Assembly: GCA_050249615.1 (NCBI GenBank)
Contig: JBFWQE010000001.1
Coordinates: 35,483-99,482 of the forward strand
Direction: 5' to 3'
DNA length: 64,000 nt
DNA from: Vicinamibacterales bacterium
GTDB taxonomy: Bacteria; Acidobacteriota; Vicinamibacteria; Vicinamibacterales; UBA2999
Made by a program: the position numbers and the translations under genes. The notes under the pieces are model-generated. The model was not told where the DNA came from. It made no database searches and worked only from the letters and a program-made list of their open reading frames with translations. Of the stretch, positions 1 to 8,997 are shown piece by piece (positions within the stretch are counted from its first letter, which is position 1; each line of letters starts with the position of its first letter).

Positions 1-72
1 CGTTGGTCTTGCGCGGGTAGTGGTTGGGAGGGGGGCTGGGCATCAGCGTCGAGGCGAGCAGGAGGAGTGAAA
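1..72 (-). CDS. 5' end of an unidentified exported protein (gene runs off the window)
   Basis: ATG at 70-72 (minus) with GGAG 6-9 nt upstream. Translation MRLVSLLLLASTLMPSPPPNHYPRKTN is signal-peptide-like. Only 24 codons are visible. Confidence 0.3.
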
Positions 73-118
73 CCAGGCGCATGGGTATCTCCGGGAGGGC
101 TACGATCGCACGGCCGCG

Positions 119-1243
119 CTACGTTTCCGTGAAGGCCCGCGCGGCCTCGATACGCTCGCGAATCGGCGGGTGCGAATAGAAGAGCCAGCGCGCCAGCGCC
201 GACGGCCGCTCCTCGGCCAGGTTCTGCTGCGACAGCCGCCTCATCGCGGAGACGAACGCCTGCGGGTTGCGGGTCGCTTCGAGCGCGTACCGGTCAGCGG
301 CGCGCTCCTGGGCCCTCGACAGGGCATTGACGAAGGGCAGGGCAAGAAACGACCAGGTGCCGCCGACGAGCATCAGCAGGGGCAGCGCCGCCGGGTCGGC
401 CATTCCCCGAAGGCCCAGGCTGACCATGCCCGTGCGAAGTGCGACGTCCGCCGCGAAGAACCCGCCCGCCAGCACCAGCGTCTGTACCGCGATGCCGCGC
501 CAGAGGTCGCGGTGCACGTGATGGGCCAGCTCATGCGCCAGCACGACTTCGATCTCGTCATCCGTGTAGTCGGCGAGCAGCGTGTCGGAGAGGAGAATCC
601 GCCGCGTGTGGCCAAGCCCGGCGAGCGCCGCGTTGGCCTTGCGCGTGTGGCCGCTCAAGACCCACTCGAAGACGCCGACGACATCGGTACGCGCGCGGGC
701 GGCCAGGGCCATCAGGCGATCCACGAGCGGCGGCCGGTCCAGCGGCCGGAACTTGTAGAACACGGGCAGCAGCAGAACCGGCGCGAGCCGGGCCAGACCC
801 ACCAGGGCCACCGCGAACAGGCCCGCCGAGATGATCCACCACGAGCCGGGCCACCATCGAAGGGTGCCAAACACCACGGAGGCGGCAGCCACCGCGATGA
901 TGACGGCGAGGCCCGCCGCCTTCACCTGGTCGGCCAGCCAGTGCGCGCCAGACTGGGTCGAGAGGCCGTAGCGGTGCTCGAGGGCGAACCCCTGGTACCA
1001 GGAGAAGGGGAACTCAACCACCTGGAGGATCACGAAGACTGCGACGGTCATCAGGACCACCGCCGCGCCCTCCTCGAGGCCCGCGGGGAGGACCAGGGAC
1101 GCCAGGTCGTGCAGCAGCTCCCGCATCCGGATGGCGGCGCCCGTGAAGGCCAGCGACGCCAGGACGAGGCCGGCGACCACGGTCCCGGCCATGTCGGCCC
1201 GGCGGCGGAGACGGTGATAGCGTGAAGACTTGTCTTCAGTCAC
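119..1243 (-). CDS. M48 family zinc metallopeptidase (Ste24/HtpX-like), multi-TM
   Basis: HEXXH motif HELAHHVHRD, several hydrophobic helices, and a C-terminal 'SHPPIRERI' typical of M48. The track start is GTG at 1243; an alternative ATG lies at 1192. Confidence 0.8.
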   Translation of the reverse strand: MTEDKSSRYHRLRRRADMAGTVVAGLVLASLAFTGAAIRMRELLHDLASLVLPAGLEEGAAVVLMTVAVFVILQVVEFPFSWYQGFALEHRYGLSTQSGAHWLADQVKAAGLAVIIAVAAASVVFGTLRWWPGSWWIISAGLFAVALVGLARLAPVLLLPVFYKFRPLDRPPLVDRLMALAARARTDVVGVFEWVLSGHTRKANAALAGLGHTRRILLSDTLLADYTDDEIEVVLAHELAHHVHRDLWRGIAVQTLVLAGGFFAADVALRTGMVSLGLRGMADPAALPLLMLVGGTWSFLALPFVNALSRAQERAADRYALEATRNPQAFVSAMRRLSQQNLAEERPSALARWLFYSHPPIRERIEAARAFTET

Positions 1244-1271
1244 GGGGACGGGGAGCCCTGGCTCCCGCCCC
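1244..1271. other. GC-rich imperfect hairpin between the lipoprotein gene and the M48 gene
   Basis: GGGGACGGGGAGCC-CT-GGCTCCCGCCCC forms an inverted repeat with one bulge. No U tract, so it may be an attenuator or a processing structure. Confidence 0.3.
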
Positions 1272-1285
1272 CTAACTTTACTCCG

Positions 1286-2137
1286 TCACTTCTCGTCCGT
1301 GGCCGATTCGGCCGATCCGCTGCCCGATTTCGAGAGGCGGACACCACCGTTGGTGGTCTGCAGCGAAACCCTGGTGCCACCGCCGTTGAGCGTGCCCTCG
1401 AGCCGGCGGCGAGACTGCTCGCCGGTCAGTTGGAGGTCGAGGTCGGTCGTCCTGATGCCGCCATTGGTGACCCGTGCGGTCACGGATGCACGGCTGTCGC
1501 CAGGCAGCGCCAGTGACACGCCACCGTTCACGGCCTCGAGCGCCACGCTGCCTTCCCCTGCGAGGGGCGCGGTCAGCTCGATGTCCACACCGCCGTTCAC
1601 CGTGGATGCGTCGAGCGCCGCCACCGCGAGCCGCTTGCCCTCCACGCCGCCGTTCACCGTCCTGGCGTGAACTTCCCCATCGAGCCCCGACAGCGCCACC
1701 CGCCCGTTGATCGTTCTCAGATCGACAATCGTGCCCTTCGGCACCTTGACGGTCCAGCGAACCTCGACGTTCGAGACGCCAAAGGTCCGGGGTGCCCGGA
1801 CCTCGACCCTGACGCCCCTCTCGCCCACCTCCTCCCGCATCTCGACCTTGCCCAGCAGCTCGCGGGCGGCATCGTCCGAGCCGGCCCTTGCGGTACGCTG
1901 CCCGACGAGCTCCACCGTGCTCCCACTGGCGGGCTCGGCGTCGATTCGACCATTGACGTTGATGAGCTCGAGGCGGCCGCCCTGGGCGAGGGGATACGAG
2001 CGCGTCCAGGAGTCCTGGGCCCGGCCGGCCGCCAGGTCCAGAGAGAACCCTCCCTCCCCCACCTGGACGTCGCAGGCGGCCGTCGCGACCACGACCGCCA
2101 TGGAAAGACCGATCTGTAGCAGCCGGCGTCTGAGCAT
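1286..2137 (-). CDS. DUF4097-like beta-strand repeat lipoprotein (putative adhesin fold)
   Basis: Repeated 'NG(G/R)V/I' strands (TVNGGV, AVNGGVSL, VTNGGIR, TTNGGVRL). Lipobox-like signal MLRRRLLQIGLSMAVVVATAAC. I prefer ATG at 2137 (GAGG 5 nt upstream) over GTG at 2143. Confidence 0.65.
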   Translation of the reverse strand: MLRRRLLQIGLSMAVVVATAACDVQVGEGGFSLDLAAGRAQDSWTRSYPLAQGGRLELINVNGRIDAEPASGSTVELVGQRTARAGSDDAARELLGKVEMREEVGERGVRVEVRAPRTFGVSNVEVRWTVKVPKGTIVDLRTINGRVALSGLDGEVHARTVNGGVEGKRLAVAALDASTVNGGVDIELTAPLAGEGSVALEAVNGGVSLALPGDSRASVTARVTNGGIRTTDLDLQLTGEQSRRRLEGTLNGGGTRVSLQTTNGGVRLSKSGSGSAESATDEK

Positions 2138-2167
2138 GGGCACCTCTTGGGGGAATACGGGTACCCG

Positions 2168-2220
2168 GGTTCTCAGGTTCTCGGGTTCTCAGGTTCTCGG
2201 GTTCTCGGGTTCTCGGGTTC
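2168..2220. repeat. Tandem 8-bp repeat GGTTCTC(A/G), about 6.6 copies
   Basis: Read directly: ggttctca ggttctcg ggttctca ggttctcg ggttctcg ggttctcg ggttc. The last copy overlaps the smc stop codon (2219-2221). Confidence 0.95.
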
Positions 2221-5200
2221 AGTTCATCTGAATCGAGATGAGCTTCGAGACACCCGGCTCCTCCATCGTCACGCCGTAGAGGCGATTGGCGATTTCCATC
2301 GTCTTGCGGCTGTGCGTGATGATGATGAACTGCGTCCTGTCCATCATGCCCCGCAGCAGCTCCACGAAGCGGCCGATGTTCGCGTCGTCGAGCGGCGCGT
2401 CGATCTCGTCCAGCAGGCAGAACGGGCTGGGCTTGTAGCGGAAGATCGCGAACATCAGCGCGATGGCAGTGAGCGCCTTCTCGCCGCCCGACAGCAGCAT
2501 CACGCTCTGCAGGCGCTTGCCCGGCGGGGAGGCGACGATGTCGATGCCGCTCTCGAGCGGATCGCTCTCGTCGAGGAGGCTGATGCCGGCGCGGCCGCCC
2601 CCGAACAAGGTGGAGAAGGTCTGCTGGAAGTTCGCGTTGATGGCGGTGAACGCCTCTCGGAAGCGGGCGTGGGTGGTCTCGTCGATGCGCTTGATGGCTT
2701 CGTTGGTCTGCGCGATCGAGTCGATGAGATCCTGACGCTGGGTGGTCAGGAACACGTGGCGCTCCTCGAGCTCGCGGTGCTGCTCGATGGCCATCATGTT
2801 CACAGGGCCGATCTTGTCGATCTTGCTCCGGAGCTCGGTGATCGCCTCCTCCGCGGTCATGCGCTCCGGCGTTGGGGCTTCGGCCGTCTCCTCGGCCGGG
2901 ACCGCCTCCTCGTCTGGCTCCACGGCCTCCGCCGCGCGGATGGCGCGCACGTCCGGTTCGACCACACCATCGGCTTCCATGCGCTCCACTTCCTCGCGCA
3001 CGGCGTCCAGCGAGGCGCCAACGGCGTCGAGGGCCTGCTGCGCCAGGTGGCCGAGGTCCGACTCCGCGGTGGCCCGGTTGACCTCGAGCTCGGAGGCCAG
3101 CGCCCGGACCGCCTCGAGGGCCCGGCGGGCGTCACGGATGACGCCTTCCTGGGTTTCGACCGCGGTGCGCAGCTCCGCCGCCCGCTCGTCGGCCTGGCGC
3201 ATCCCATCGCGCAAGCCGTCGAGCGCGCGAACGTCCTCGTCCATGCGCTCCTCGTGCTCGGTCACGCCTGCGAGCAAGCGCTCACGCTGCTCCTGCATCA
3301 GCCCGATATCGCGCGCGCAGGCCGTCACCCGGTTCTCGAGTTCGACGGCCGCGGCTTCCATGCGGGTGACCTCCCCGGCCGCCGCGGCGCAACGCTCGAT
3401 GAGCGCGGCATGTTCGGCCCGCGCCTCCGCGGCTGCCCGGCTGGCCACTTCGGCAGCTTCCCGCGCCTCGGCGAGCTTGTGCTGCGCGGCGGCAAAGGCC
3501 TCGTCCGCGACCCCCTTGTCCTCGTCGAGCCGCGCGATGGACTCGCGTGCCTCTTCCTGCCGCTGGTCGAGCCCGGCGATCTCCTCTCGCACTCGGCGAA
3601 TCTCGGCGGCCACCAGGCCGGCGCGCTGCTGCAGGCGGAACTCGTCCTGCGCCGCGCGCGCCACCTGTGCCTCGACCGAGACGATGGCCTTTTCCTGGCG
3701 ATGGATTTCGGCCCCGAGCGCCTGGATGGCGGCGGTGGCGTGCGCGATGGTCTGCTCGAACCGCGCGGTCTCGTCCGCCAGGGCCGCCAGCGCCGCGCGC
3801 TCGGCCCCGATGCGCTCGCGCAGCTCCTTGATCTCGCGCTTGGTGCCGAGAATGCCCCGCGCCTCCGCTTTGTCGCCTCCCGTGACGACGTAGCGTCCGC
3901 GGAACACGTCGCCTTCGACGGTGGCCACCGGGACCGGCACAGCCTGCGCGACGCGCGAGGCCGTCTCGAAGGAGTCGGCAATGAGGGCATCGCCCATCGC
4001 CGCCCGGAGCGCCGGCGCGAATGGACCGTTCACGCGCACGACGGCCTGCAGCCGCACGGTCCCGGCCGGCACCTCGGTGGTTCGAACCTCCTCGCCTTGA
4101 ACCTCCGTGCTGGGACCTTCCGCGCCCTGCGGCCTTCCCACGATGAAGCCGCACCGGCCGGCGTCCTCCTGCCGGATCAGGCGGAGGCCTGCGGACACGT
4201 GCTCGAGACGCTCCACGAGGACGTGCTGCAGGAGGTCGCCGAGGCACGCTTCGACGGCACGTTCGTAGCGGGGCTCGACCTCGAGGAAGTCCGCGAGGGC
4301 CCCCATCTGCCCCACGCGGCCGTTCGCGTTGACCAGCACCATGCGCGCCGCGTCGGCGAACCCCGCCCGGTGCGCGTCGAGTTCCTCCAGGGACCGGAGC
4401 CGCGCCGCCGCGCCCGCCAGGTCCTGCTCGCGCGACCGCACATCACGGGCGCGCCACTCGTGCTCGATGCGCGCGCTGGCCAGCTCCGACTCGCGCGCGG
4501 CTCGGGCCACGCGGGCCGCATCCAGGCCTTCCTGGGCCCGCCGCAGCTGCTCGCCCGTGGCCTGGCGCTCGGCCTGCACCTTCTCAATCTCCGCCTGCAG
4601 CTCGGCGGACTCGACGTCGAAGCGGCGCTCGGCTTCAACCGCACGCTCGCGCTGGGCCGACGCCGAGTGAATCGCGGCGTTGAGGGCCGTCAGCGTGTTG
4701 ACCACGGCGTAGACGCCGGCGCGCGCGCTCTCGACCTCCTGCTCCACGGCCTCGATCGCCTGCTGGGCCCGGGCGTGGTCGTCAACGGCGGACCGCGCCA
4801 CCCCTGCGGCGGTGTCGCGGCGCTCCTCGGCCTCCGCCGCCGCCTGTCGCCGGCCCTCCAGCGCCAGGCGCTGGGGCTCGCGGCGGGCCTCGAGGAGGAT
4901 CCGTTCCTGATTCAGCTCGGCGGCGCGGGTCTCGAGCATGCCGGCCTGCTGGCGGTCCAGCGCGATCTGCTGCTGCCGACGGTTGATCTCCAACTCGCGC
5001 TGATGTGCCTCGTCGCGTACCTTGGTGGCCGCTGCGTCGGCCTCGGCCTGGGCGAGGCGCAGCGCCGCGAGGGCGGTCTCGACCTCCGCCAGGCGCGCGG
5101 CTGCCGCCGTCTCGGTGCTCCGCGCGTCGGCCAGCCGGGCCCGCGCCGTTTCGATGGCCGCCGCCAGCGACCGGTAGCGGCGCGCGAAGAGCACCTTCTC

Positions 5201-5974
5201 CCACCGGCGCATCTCGTCGCGGAGACGCGTGTATCGCCGCGCCTTCGCGGCCTGGCGCTTGAGAGCCCCCTTCTGCTTCTCGACCTCGTAGACGATGTCG
5301 TCGAGCCGGGTGAGGTTCTGCTGTGCGGCCTCGAGCTTCAGCTCCGCCGCGCGCCGCCGGGCCTTGTACTTCGTGATGCCCGCCGCTTCCTCGATCAGCT
5401 GGCGCCGATCGGTGGGGCGCGAGCTCAGGATCATCCCGATCTTGCCCTGCTCGATGATCGCGTAGGCCTTCGCGCCCAGGCCCGTGTCCATCAGGAGCTC
5501 ATGGATGTCCTTCAGCCTGACCTGATGGCCGTCGATGAGGTACTCGCTCTCGCCCGACCGGAACAGCCTCCGCGTCACCTCGACCTCGCGCGTCGGCGGC
5601 GCGATTAGCTCCGACAGGGTCGCGTGGCCGTTCCCCTCGGCCGCCGGGTAGTGCCCGTGCCCGTTGCCGGACGCCTGGTGGCCCACCTCCTTGTCGAGCG
5701 ACGGCGGCACGATGACGCCGCTCAGCTTGAGCCGGACTTCAGCGGCGCCGGTCGGCTTGCGCGCGTCCGACCCGCTGAAGATGACGTCTTCCATCTTCTC
5801 GCCGCGCAGGCTCTTGGCGCTCTGCTCGCCCAGCACCCACGTGAGGGCATCGGCCACATTGCTCTTGCCGCAGCCGTTCGGGCCGACGATGGCCGTCACG
5901 CCCTCGTCGAAGGAGAGCTCGGATCGGTCGGAAAAGGACTTGAAACCAGAAATTTCGAGACGTTCGAGGCGCAT
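2219..5974 (-). CDS. smc: Chromosome segregation protein SMC
   Basis: N-terminal Walker A GPNGCGKSN, very long coiled coils, C-terminal signature LSGGEKALTAIAL and Walker B FCLLDEIDAPLD. Start set at MRLERLEISGFKSF (ATG 5972-5974). Confidence 0.95.
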   Translation of the reverse strand: MRLERLEISGFKSFSDRSELSFDEGVTAIVGPNGCGKSNVADALTWVLGEQSAKSLRGEKMEDVIFSGSDARKPTGAAEVRLKLSGVIVPPSLDKEVGHQASGNGHGHYPAAEGNGHATLSELIAPPTREVEVTRRLFRSGESEYLIDGHQVRLKDIHELLMDTGLGAKAYAIIEQGKIGMILSSRPTDRRQLIEEAAGITKYKARRRAAELKLEAAQQNLTRLDDIVYEVEKQKGALKRQAAKARRYTRLRDEMRRWEKVLFARRYRSLAAAIETARARLADARSTETAAAARLAEVETALAALRLAQAEADAAATKVRDEAHQRELEINRRQQQIALDRQQAGMLETRAAELNQERILLEARREPQRLALEGRRQAAAEAEERRDTAAGVARSAVDDHARAQQAIEAVEQEVESARAGVYAVVNTLTALNAAIHSASAQRERAVEAERRFDVESAELQAEIEKVQAERQATGEQLRRAQEGLDAARVARAARESELASARIEHEWRARDVRSREQDLAGAAARLRSLEELDAHRAGFADAARMVLVNANGRVGQMGALADFLEVEPRYERAVEACLGDLLQHVLVERLEHVSAGLRLIRQEDAGRCGFIVGRPQGAEGPSTEVQGEEVRTTEVPAGTVRLQAVVRVNGPFAPALRAAMGDALIADSFETASRVAQAVPVPVATVEGDVFRGRYVVTGGDKAEARGILGTKREIKELRERIGAERAALAALADETARFEQTIAHATAAIQALGAEIHRQEKAIVSVEAQVARAAQDEFRLQQRAGLVAAEIRRVREEIAGLDQRQEEARESIARLDEDKGVADEAFAAAQHKLAEAREAAEVASRAAAEARAEHAALIERCAAAAGEVTRMEAAAVELENRVTACARDIGLMQEQRERLLAGVTEHEERMDEDVRALDGLRDGMRQADERAAELRTAVETQEGVIRDARRALEAVRALASELEVNRATAESDLGHLAQQALDAVGASLDAVREEVERMEADGVVEPDVRAIRAAEAVEPDEEAVPAEETAEAPTPERMTAEEAITELRSKIDKIGPVNMMAIEQHRELEERHVFLTTQRQDLIDSIAQTNEAIKRIDETTHARFREAFTAINANFQQTFSTLFGGGRAGISLLDESDPLESGIDIVASPPGKRLQSVMLLSGGEKALTAIALMFAIFRYKPSPFCLLDEIDAPLDDANIGRFVELLRGMMDRTQFIIITHSRKTMEIANRLYGVTMEEPGVSKLISIQMN

Positions 5975-6042
5975 GACAGGTCGGCTGAGAGGGAAACCGC
6001 CGGCCAGTCTAGCAAGCCCTTCCCCTTGTAGCAAGGCGGAAG

Positions 6043-6068
6043 GTAGACCCCAATATTTTGGGGTCTAC
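6043..6068 (-). terminator. Perfect 11-bp stem / 4-nt loop hairpin embedding the protease stop codon
   Basis: GTAGACCCCAA-TATT-TTGGGGTCTAC. A second imperfect hairpin CCTTCCCCTTG-TAG-CAAGGCGGAAGG lies at 6017-6042. Confidence 0.55.
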
Positions 6069-7681
6069 TGCCCTACTCGGCTGGAGCGGTTCCGCGAGAG
6101 TTCCACGAGCTTCTCGGCCTCGGGGAAGCGCGAGAGCGCAAAGCGCGCCTGGGGGTCGGCGGTGATCAACCGCCTGCGGGCGGTGGCGATGTCGAAAATG
6201 GCCTGATCGATCTCGAAGCGGATCATCGCGCGGATGAAGTCGATGTCCTTCGCCCAGGCGTCCTCGTCGATCTTCAGGTTCCGCCCGGCGACGAACGCCT
6301 TGAACTCGTCCAGCATCGCCGGCGTGACCTCGAAGTCCCGCGGGACGTACGTGAAGCCGGGCGCCTTGGCGCCGGGGCGTGTGTCGCCCTCATAGTAGAA
6401 CTGCTCGGCGTACGAGGCGAACAGGCCCCGATTGAAGAGTGACCGCCCGAAGCGGGTCGGGTTGAATCCCTCGATCGGCCCGTCGAACCGCTCGTCGGGT
6501 TCGATGCCGCCGCCCGAGTAGACCTTCCGGCCGCCCGTCGTGTACTTCAGCTGATCCGGCGAGTGCGTGCGGGCGCTCTGATCCTTCATCGTGTAGGTGA
6601 GGTACTCGTCGAAGGTGCCGTCCCAGGGCCGCTGGATGAGGCGCCCGCTCGGCGTGTAATAGCGCGCGGTGGTGAGCGCGAGGCCGGCGCCGCCGCTCAC
6701 GCGGTACACCGACTGCACCAGCGCCTTGCCGAACGTCGTCTCGCCGATGATGAGCGAGCGGTCGTAGTCCTGGAGCGCGCCCGACACGATCTCCGACGCG
6801 CTGGCGCTGCTGCGGTTCACCAGGGTGATCATCGGGAGGTCGGTGAACTCGGGCGTGTCGGTGGCACGGTAGTCCTGGTCGGAGTTCGGCACGCGGCCGC
6901 GCGTGTAGACGACCATCGAGCCCTTCGGCACGAAGCGATTCGTGATGCGGATGGCCTGATCGAGCTGCCCGCCGGGGTTGCTCCGCAGGTCCAGCACCAG
7001 GCGCTTCATGCCCTGCTTGGTGAGCGTCTCGAGGGCCGCGCCAAGGTCCTCGTCGGTGTGCTCCGCGAAGTCGGTGATGCCGACATAGCCGGTCTGGTCG
7101 TCGATCATGAAGACCGCCGACAGGCTGGGGATGCTCACCTGGTCGCGCATCACGGCCATCGGGATCAGCGCGTCGAGGCCTTTCCGGCGGATCCCGATGT
7201 TGACGAACGTGCCCTTCGGTCCCCGCAGCTTGGCGACGGCGTCCTCGGTGGTCCAGCCCTTGGTGCTCTGGCCCTCGATCTCGGCGATGACATCGCCGCG
7301 GCGAATGCCCTTGTCGTGCGCCGGCGAGCCTTCGAAGACCCGCACCGCGGTGATATCGCCGCTCGGCGCCTGGATGGTGATGCCGAGTCCGTAGTAGCGC
7401 CCCTCCTGCCGCTCGCGCATCTGCGCGTAGCTGCGCGGGTCCATGAAGCTCGAGTGCGGGTCCAGCGTCTGCAGCATCCCGTTGATGGCGCCGTAGACGA
7501 GCCGATCGGACTCGACCTCCTCGGCATACTGCGACTGGATGGCCGCCAGGGCTGCCGTGAACACGCGGTAGTGCTCGGGCACACGGTCCTGGGTCGCCAG
7601 GGCGCTGGTCCCGAACATTCCGCCGACGACAGCTGACCCGGCCACGGCCAGGAGGGCCGCCAGAACCGACTTCGTGCGCAT
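6065..7681 (-). CDS. ctp: S41 family C-terminal processing peptidase with PDZ domain
   Basis: Signal peptide, PDZ-like region (GDVIAEIEGQS), S41 motifs SNPGGQL and SSASASEIVSGALQD. Confidence 0.88.
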   Translation of the reverse strand: MRTKSVLAALLAVAGSAVVGGMFGTSALATQDRVPEHYRVFTAALAAIQSQYAEEVESDRLVYGAINGMLQTLDPHSSFMDPRSYAQMRERQEGRYYGLGITIQAPSGDITAVRVFEGSPAHDKGIRRGDVIAEIEGQSTKGWTTEDAVAKLRGPKGTFVNIGIRRKGLDALIPMAVMRDQVSIPSLSAVFMIDDQTGYVGITDFAEHTDEDLGAALETLTKQGMKRLVLDLRSNPGGQLDQAIRITNRFVPKGSMVVYTRGRVPNSDQDYRATDTPEFTDLPMITLVNRSSASASEIVSGALQDYDRSLIIGETTFGKALVQSVYRVSGGAGLALTTARYYTPSGRLIQRPWDGTFDEYLTYTMKDQSARTHSPDQLKYTTGGRKVYSGGGIEPDERFDGPIEGFNPTRFGRSLFNRGLFASYAEQFYYEGDTRPGAKAPGFTYVPRDFEVTPAMLDEFKAFVAGRNLKIDEDAWAKDIDFIRAMIRFEIDQAIFDIATARRRLITADPQARFALSRFPEAEKLVELSRNRSSRVGQ

Positions 7682-7804
7682 AGGGCGATGCTAACCAATA
7701 ACCCCCCACCCGGCAAGGCTTTCCACGGAGCGGGTGCGGTATACTGCACTTTGGACGTCAGGGCCGGTCCGCCGGCCGATTCGACTCGCAACTGGAGCAG
7801 TACC

Positions 7805-8080
7805 ATGTTTGGTTCCATTGGCATGCCCGAGCTGGTCATCATCCTGGTGATCGCGCTCATCATCTTCGGCCCCAGGAAGCTCCCCGAGCTTGGCAAGTCG
7901 CTCGGCCGCAGCCTCAACGAGTTCAAGAAGGCGTCGAACGACCTGCAGAACACGCTCGAGCAGGAGATCAAGCTCGAGGAGCAGAAGGAATCCGCCGCGG
8001 CCGCCGCCCGCAAGGCCGACGCCGAGCCCGTTCCCGTGGCTCCCGACAACGCGGCCCCGAGCCAGACCGTTTCCCGATAG
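7805..8080 (+). CDS. tatA: Twin-arginine translocase subunit TatA/E
   Basis: MFGSIGMPELVIILVIALIIFGPRKLPELGKSLGRSLNEFKKA. GGAG lies 9 nt upstream of ATG 7805. The upstream part of the track ORF is discarded. Confidence 0.9.
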   Translation: MFGSIGMPELVIILVIALIIFGPRKLPELGKSLGRSLNEFKKASNDLQNTLEQEIKLEEQKESAAAAARKADAEPVPVAPDNAAPSQTVSR

Positions 8081-8089
8081 CGCGACGCC

Positions 8090-8947
8090 ATGGCGCTGGT
8101 GCCGTTCCCCAACAGCCCCGCGCGGCGGGATGAGGAGTCGCCTCAGCTCCACGGTCCGGACGGCGGTGACGCGCCGTCGCCGTTCGGCGACGAGGAGGAA
8201 CCGCTCGACGGGCGGATGACGTTCCTCGAACATCTCGACGAACTCCGCCGCCGCATCACGCACGCCGTCGTCGCCCTCTTCGTCGGCTTCCTCGTCGCGT
8301 TCGGCTTCATCGAGCGCATCGTCGCGTTCGTCTACGCCCGCCTCGTCGCCGACGTGCCGGGCGGGAAGCTCATCTACACTGAGCCCGGTGAGGGCTTCTT
8401 CCTCTACATCAAGGTTGCCGCCGTCGCGGGGCTGCTCATCTCGTCGCCCTACGTCATGCTCCAGGTGTGGCTGTTCATCGCGCCAGGCCTCTACGCGCGC
8501 GAGAAAAAACTCGCCGTCCCGTTCGTCGTGTCCTCGTCCGCGTTGTTCGTGGCAGGCGCCGCGTTTGCGCACTACATCCTGTTTCCGGCCGCCTGGCGGT
8601 TCTTCGCCGGCTTCACCAACGACTTCATCGAGTTCACGCCGCGCATCGATCCGGTCTTCGGGCTCTACGTGAAGCTGCTGCTCGCGATGGGCCTGGTCTT
8701 TCAGATGCCCGTCCTGATGTTCGTGCTGGCCCGGCTCGGTATCGTCACGGCGGGCTTCCTGCTGAAGAACATCAAGTACGCCGTCCTGCTGATCTTCATC
8801 GTCGCCGCGGTGGTCACCCCCGACGGCAGCATGGTCGTCCAGACCCTCATGGCAGCGCCGATGATCCTGCTCTACCTGCTGGGCATCCTGGTAGCGTGGC
8901 TCTTCGGTAAATCCAATAAATCGGATGACGAGGAGGCCACCGCGTAA
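8090..8947 (+). CDS. tatC: Twin-arginine translocase subunit TatC
   Basis: FLEHLDELRRRI motif followed by six hydrophobic helices. An alternative start MTFLEHL lies at 8216. Confidence 0.9.
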   Translation: MALVPFPNSPARRDEESPQLHGPDGGDAPSPFGDEEEPLDGRMTFLEHLDELRRRITHAVVALFVGFLVAFGFIERIVAFVYARLVADVPGGKLIYTEPGEGFFLYIKVAAVAGLLISSPYVMLQVWLFIAPGLYAREKKLAVPFVVSSSALFVAGAAFAHYILFPAAWRFFAGFTNDFIEFTPRIDPVFGLYVKLLLAMGLVFQMPVLMFVLARLGIVTAGFLLKNIKYAVLLIFIVAAVVTPDGSMVVQTLMAAPMILLYLLGILVAWLFGKSNKSDDEEATA

Positions 8948-8997
8948 AGCCTCGACTTTGTTTGACTTCCCGCGATCGCGGACCGTATCATCGGGCT

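Noticed and set aside
2147-5608. A 1153-aa ORF antisense to smc, plus similar giant antisense or alternative-frame ORFs: 40593-43061 (-) over fusA2, 61150-63519 (+) over fusA, 8872-10566 (-), 36848-38605 (-), 38912-40819 (-), 50001-52049 (+), 12765-14885 upstream part, and others.
   Set aside because: These are typical high-GC artefacts. Stop codons are rare in non-coding frames. The products are Arg/Ala/Gly/Pro/His-rich low-complexity strings with no recognisable motifs. Each lies opposite a gene with unmistakable conserved sequence.
7682-7804. A sigma-70 promoter for tatA based on TATACT at 7740-7745.
   Set aside because: There is no acceptable -35 element at 16-18 nt spacing. The evidence is too weak to list as a feature.
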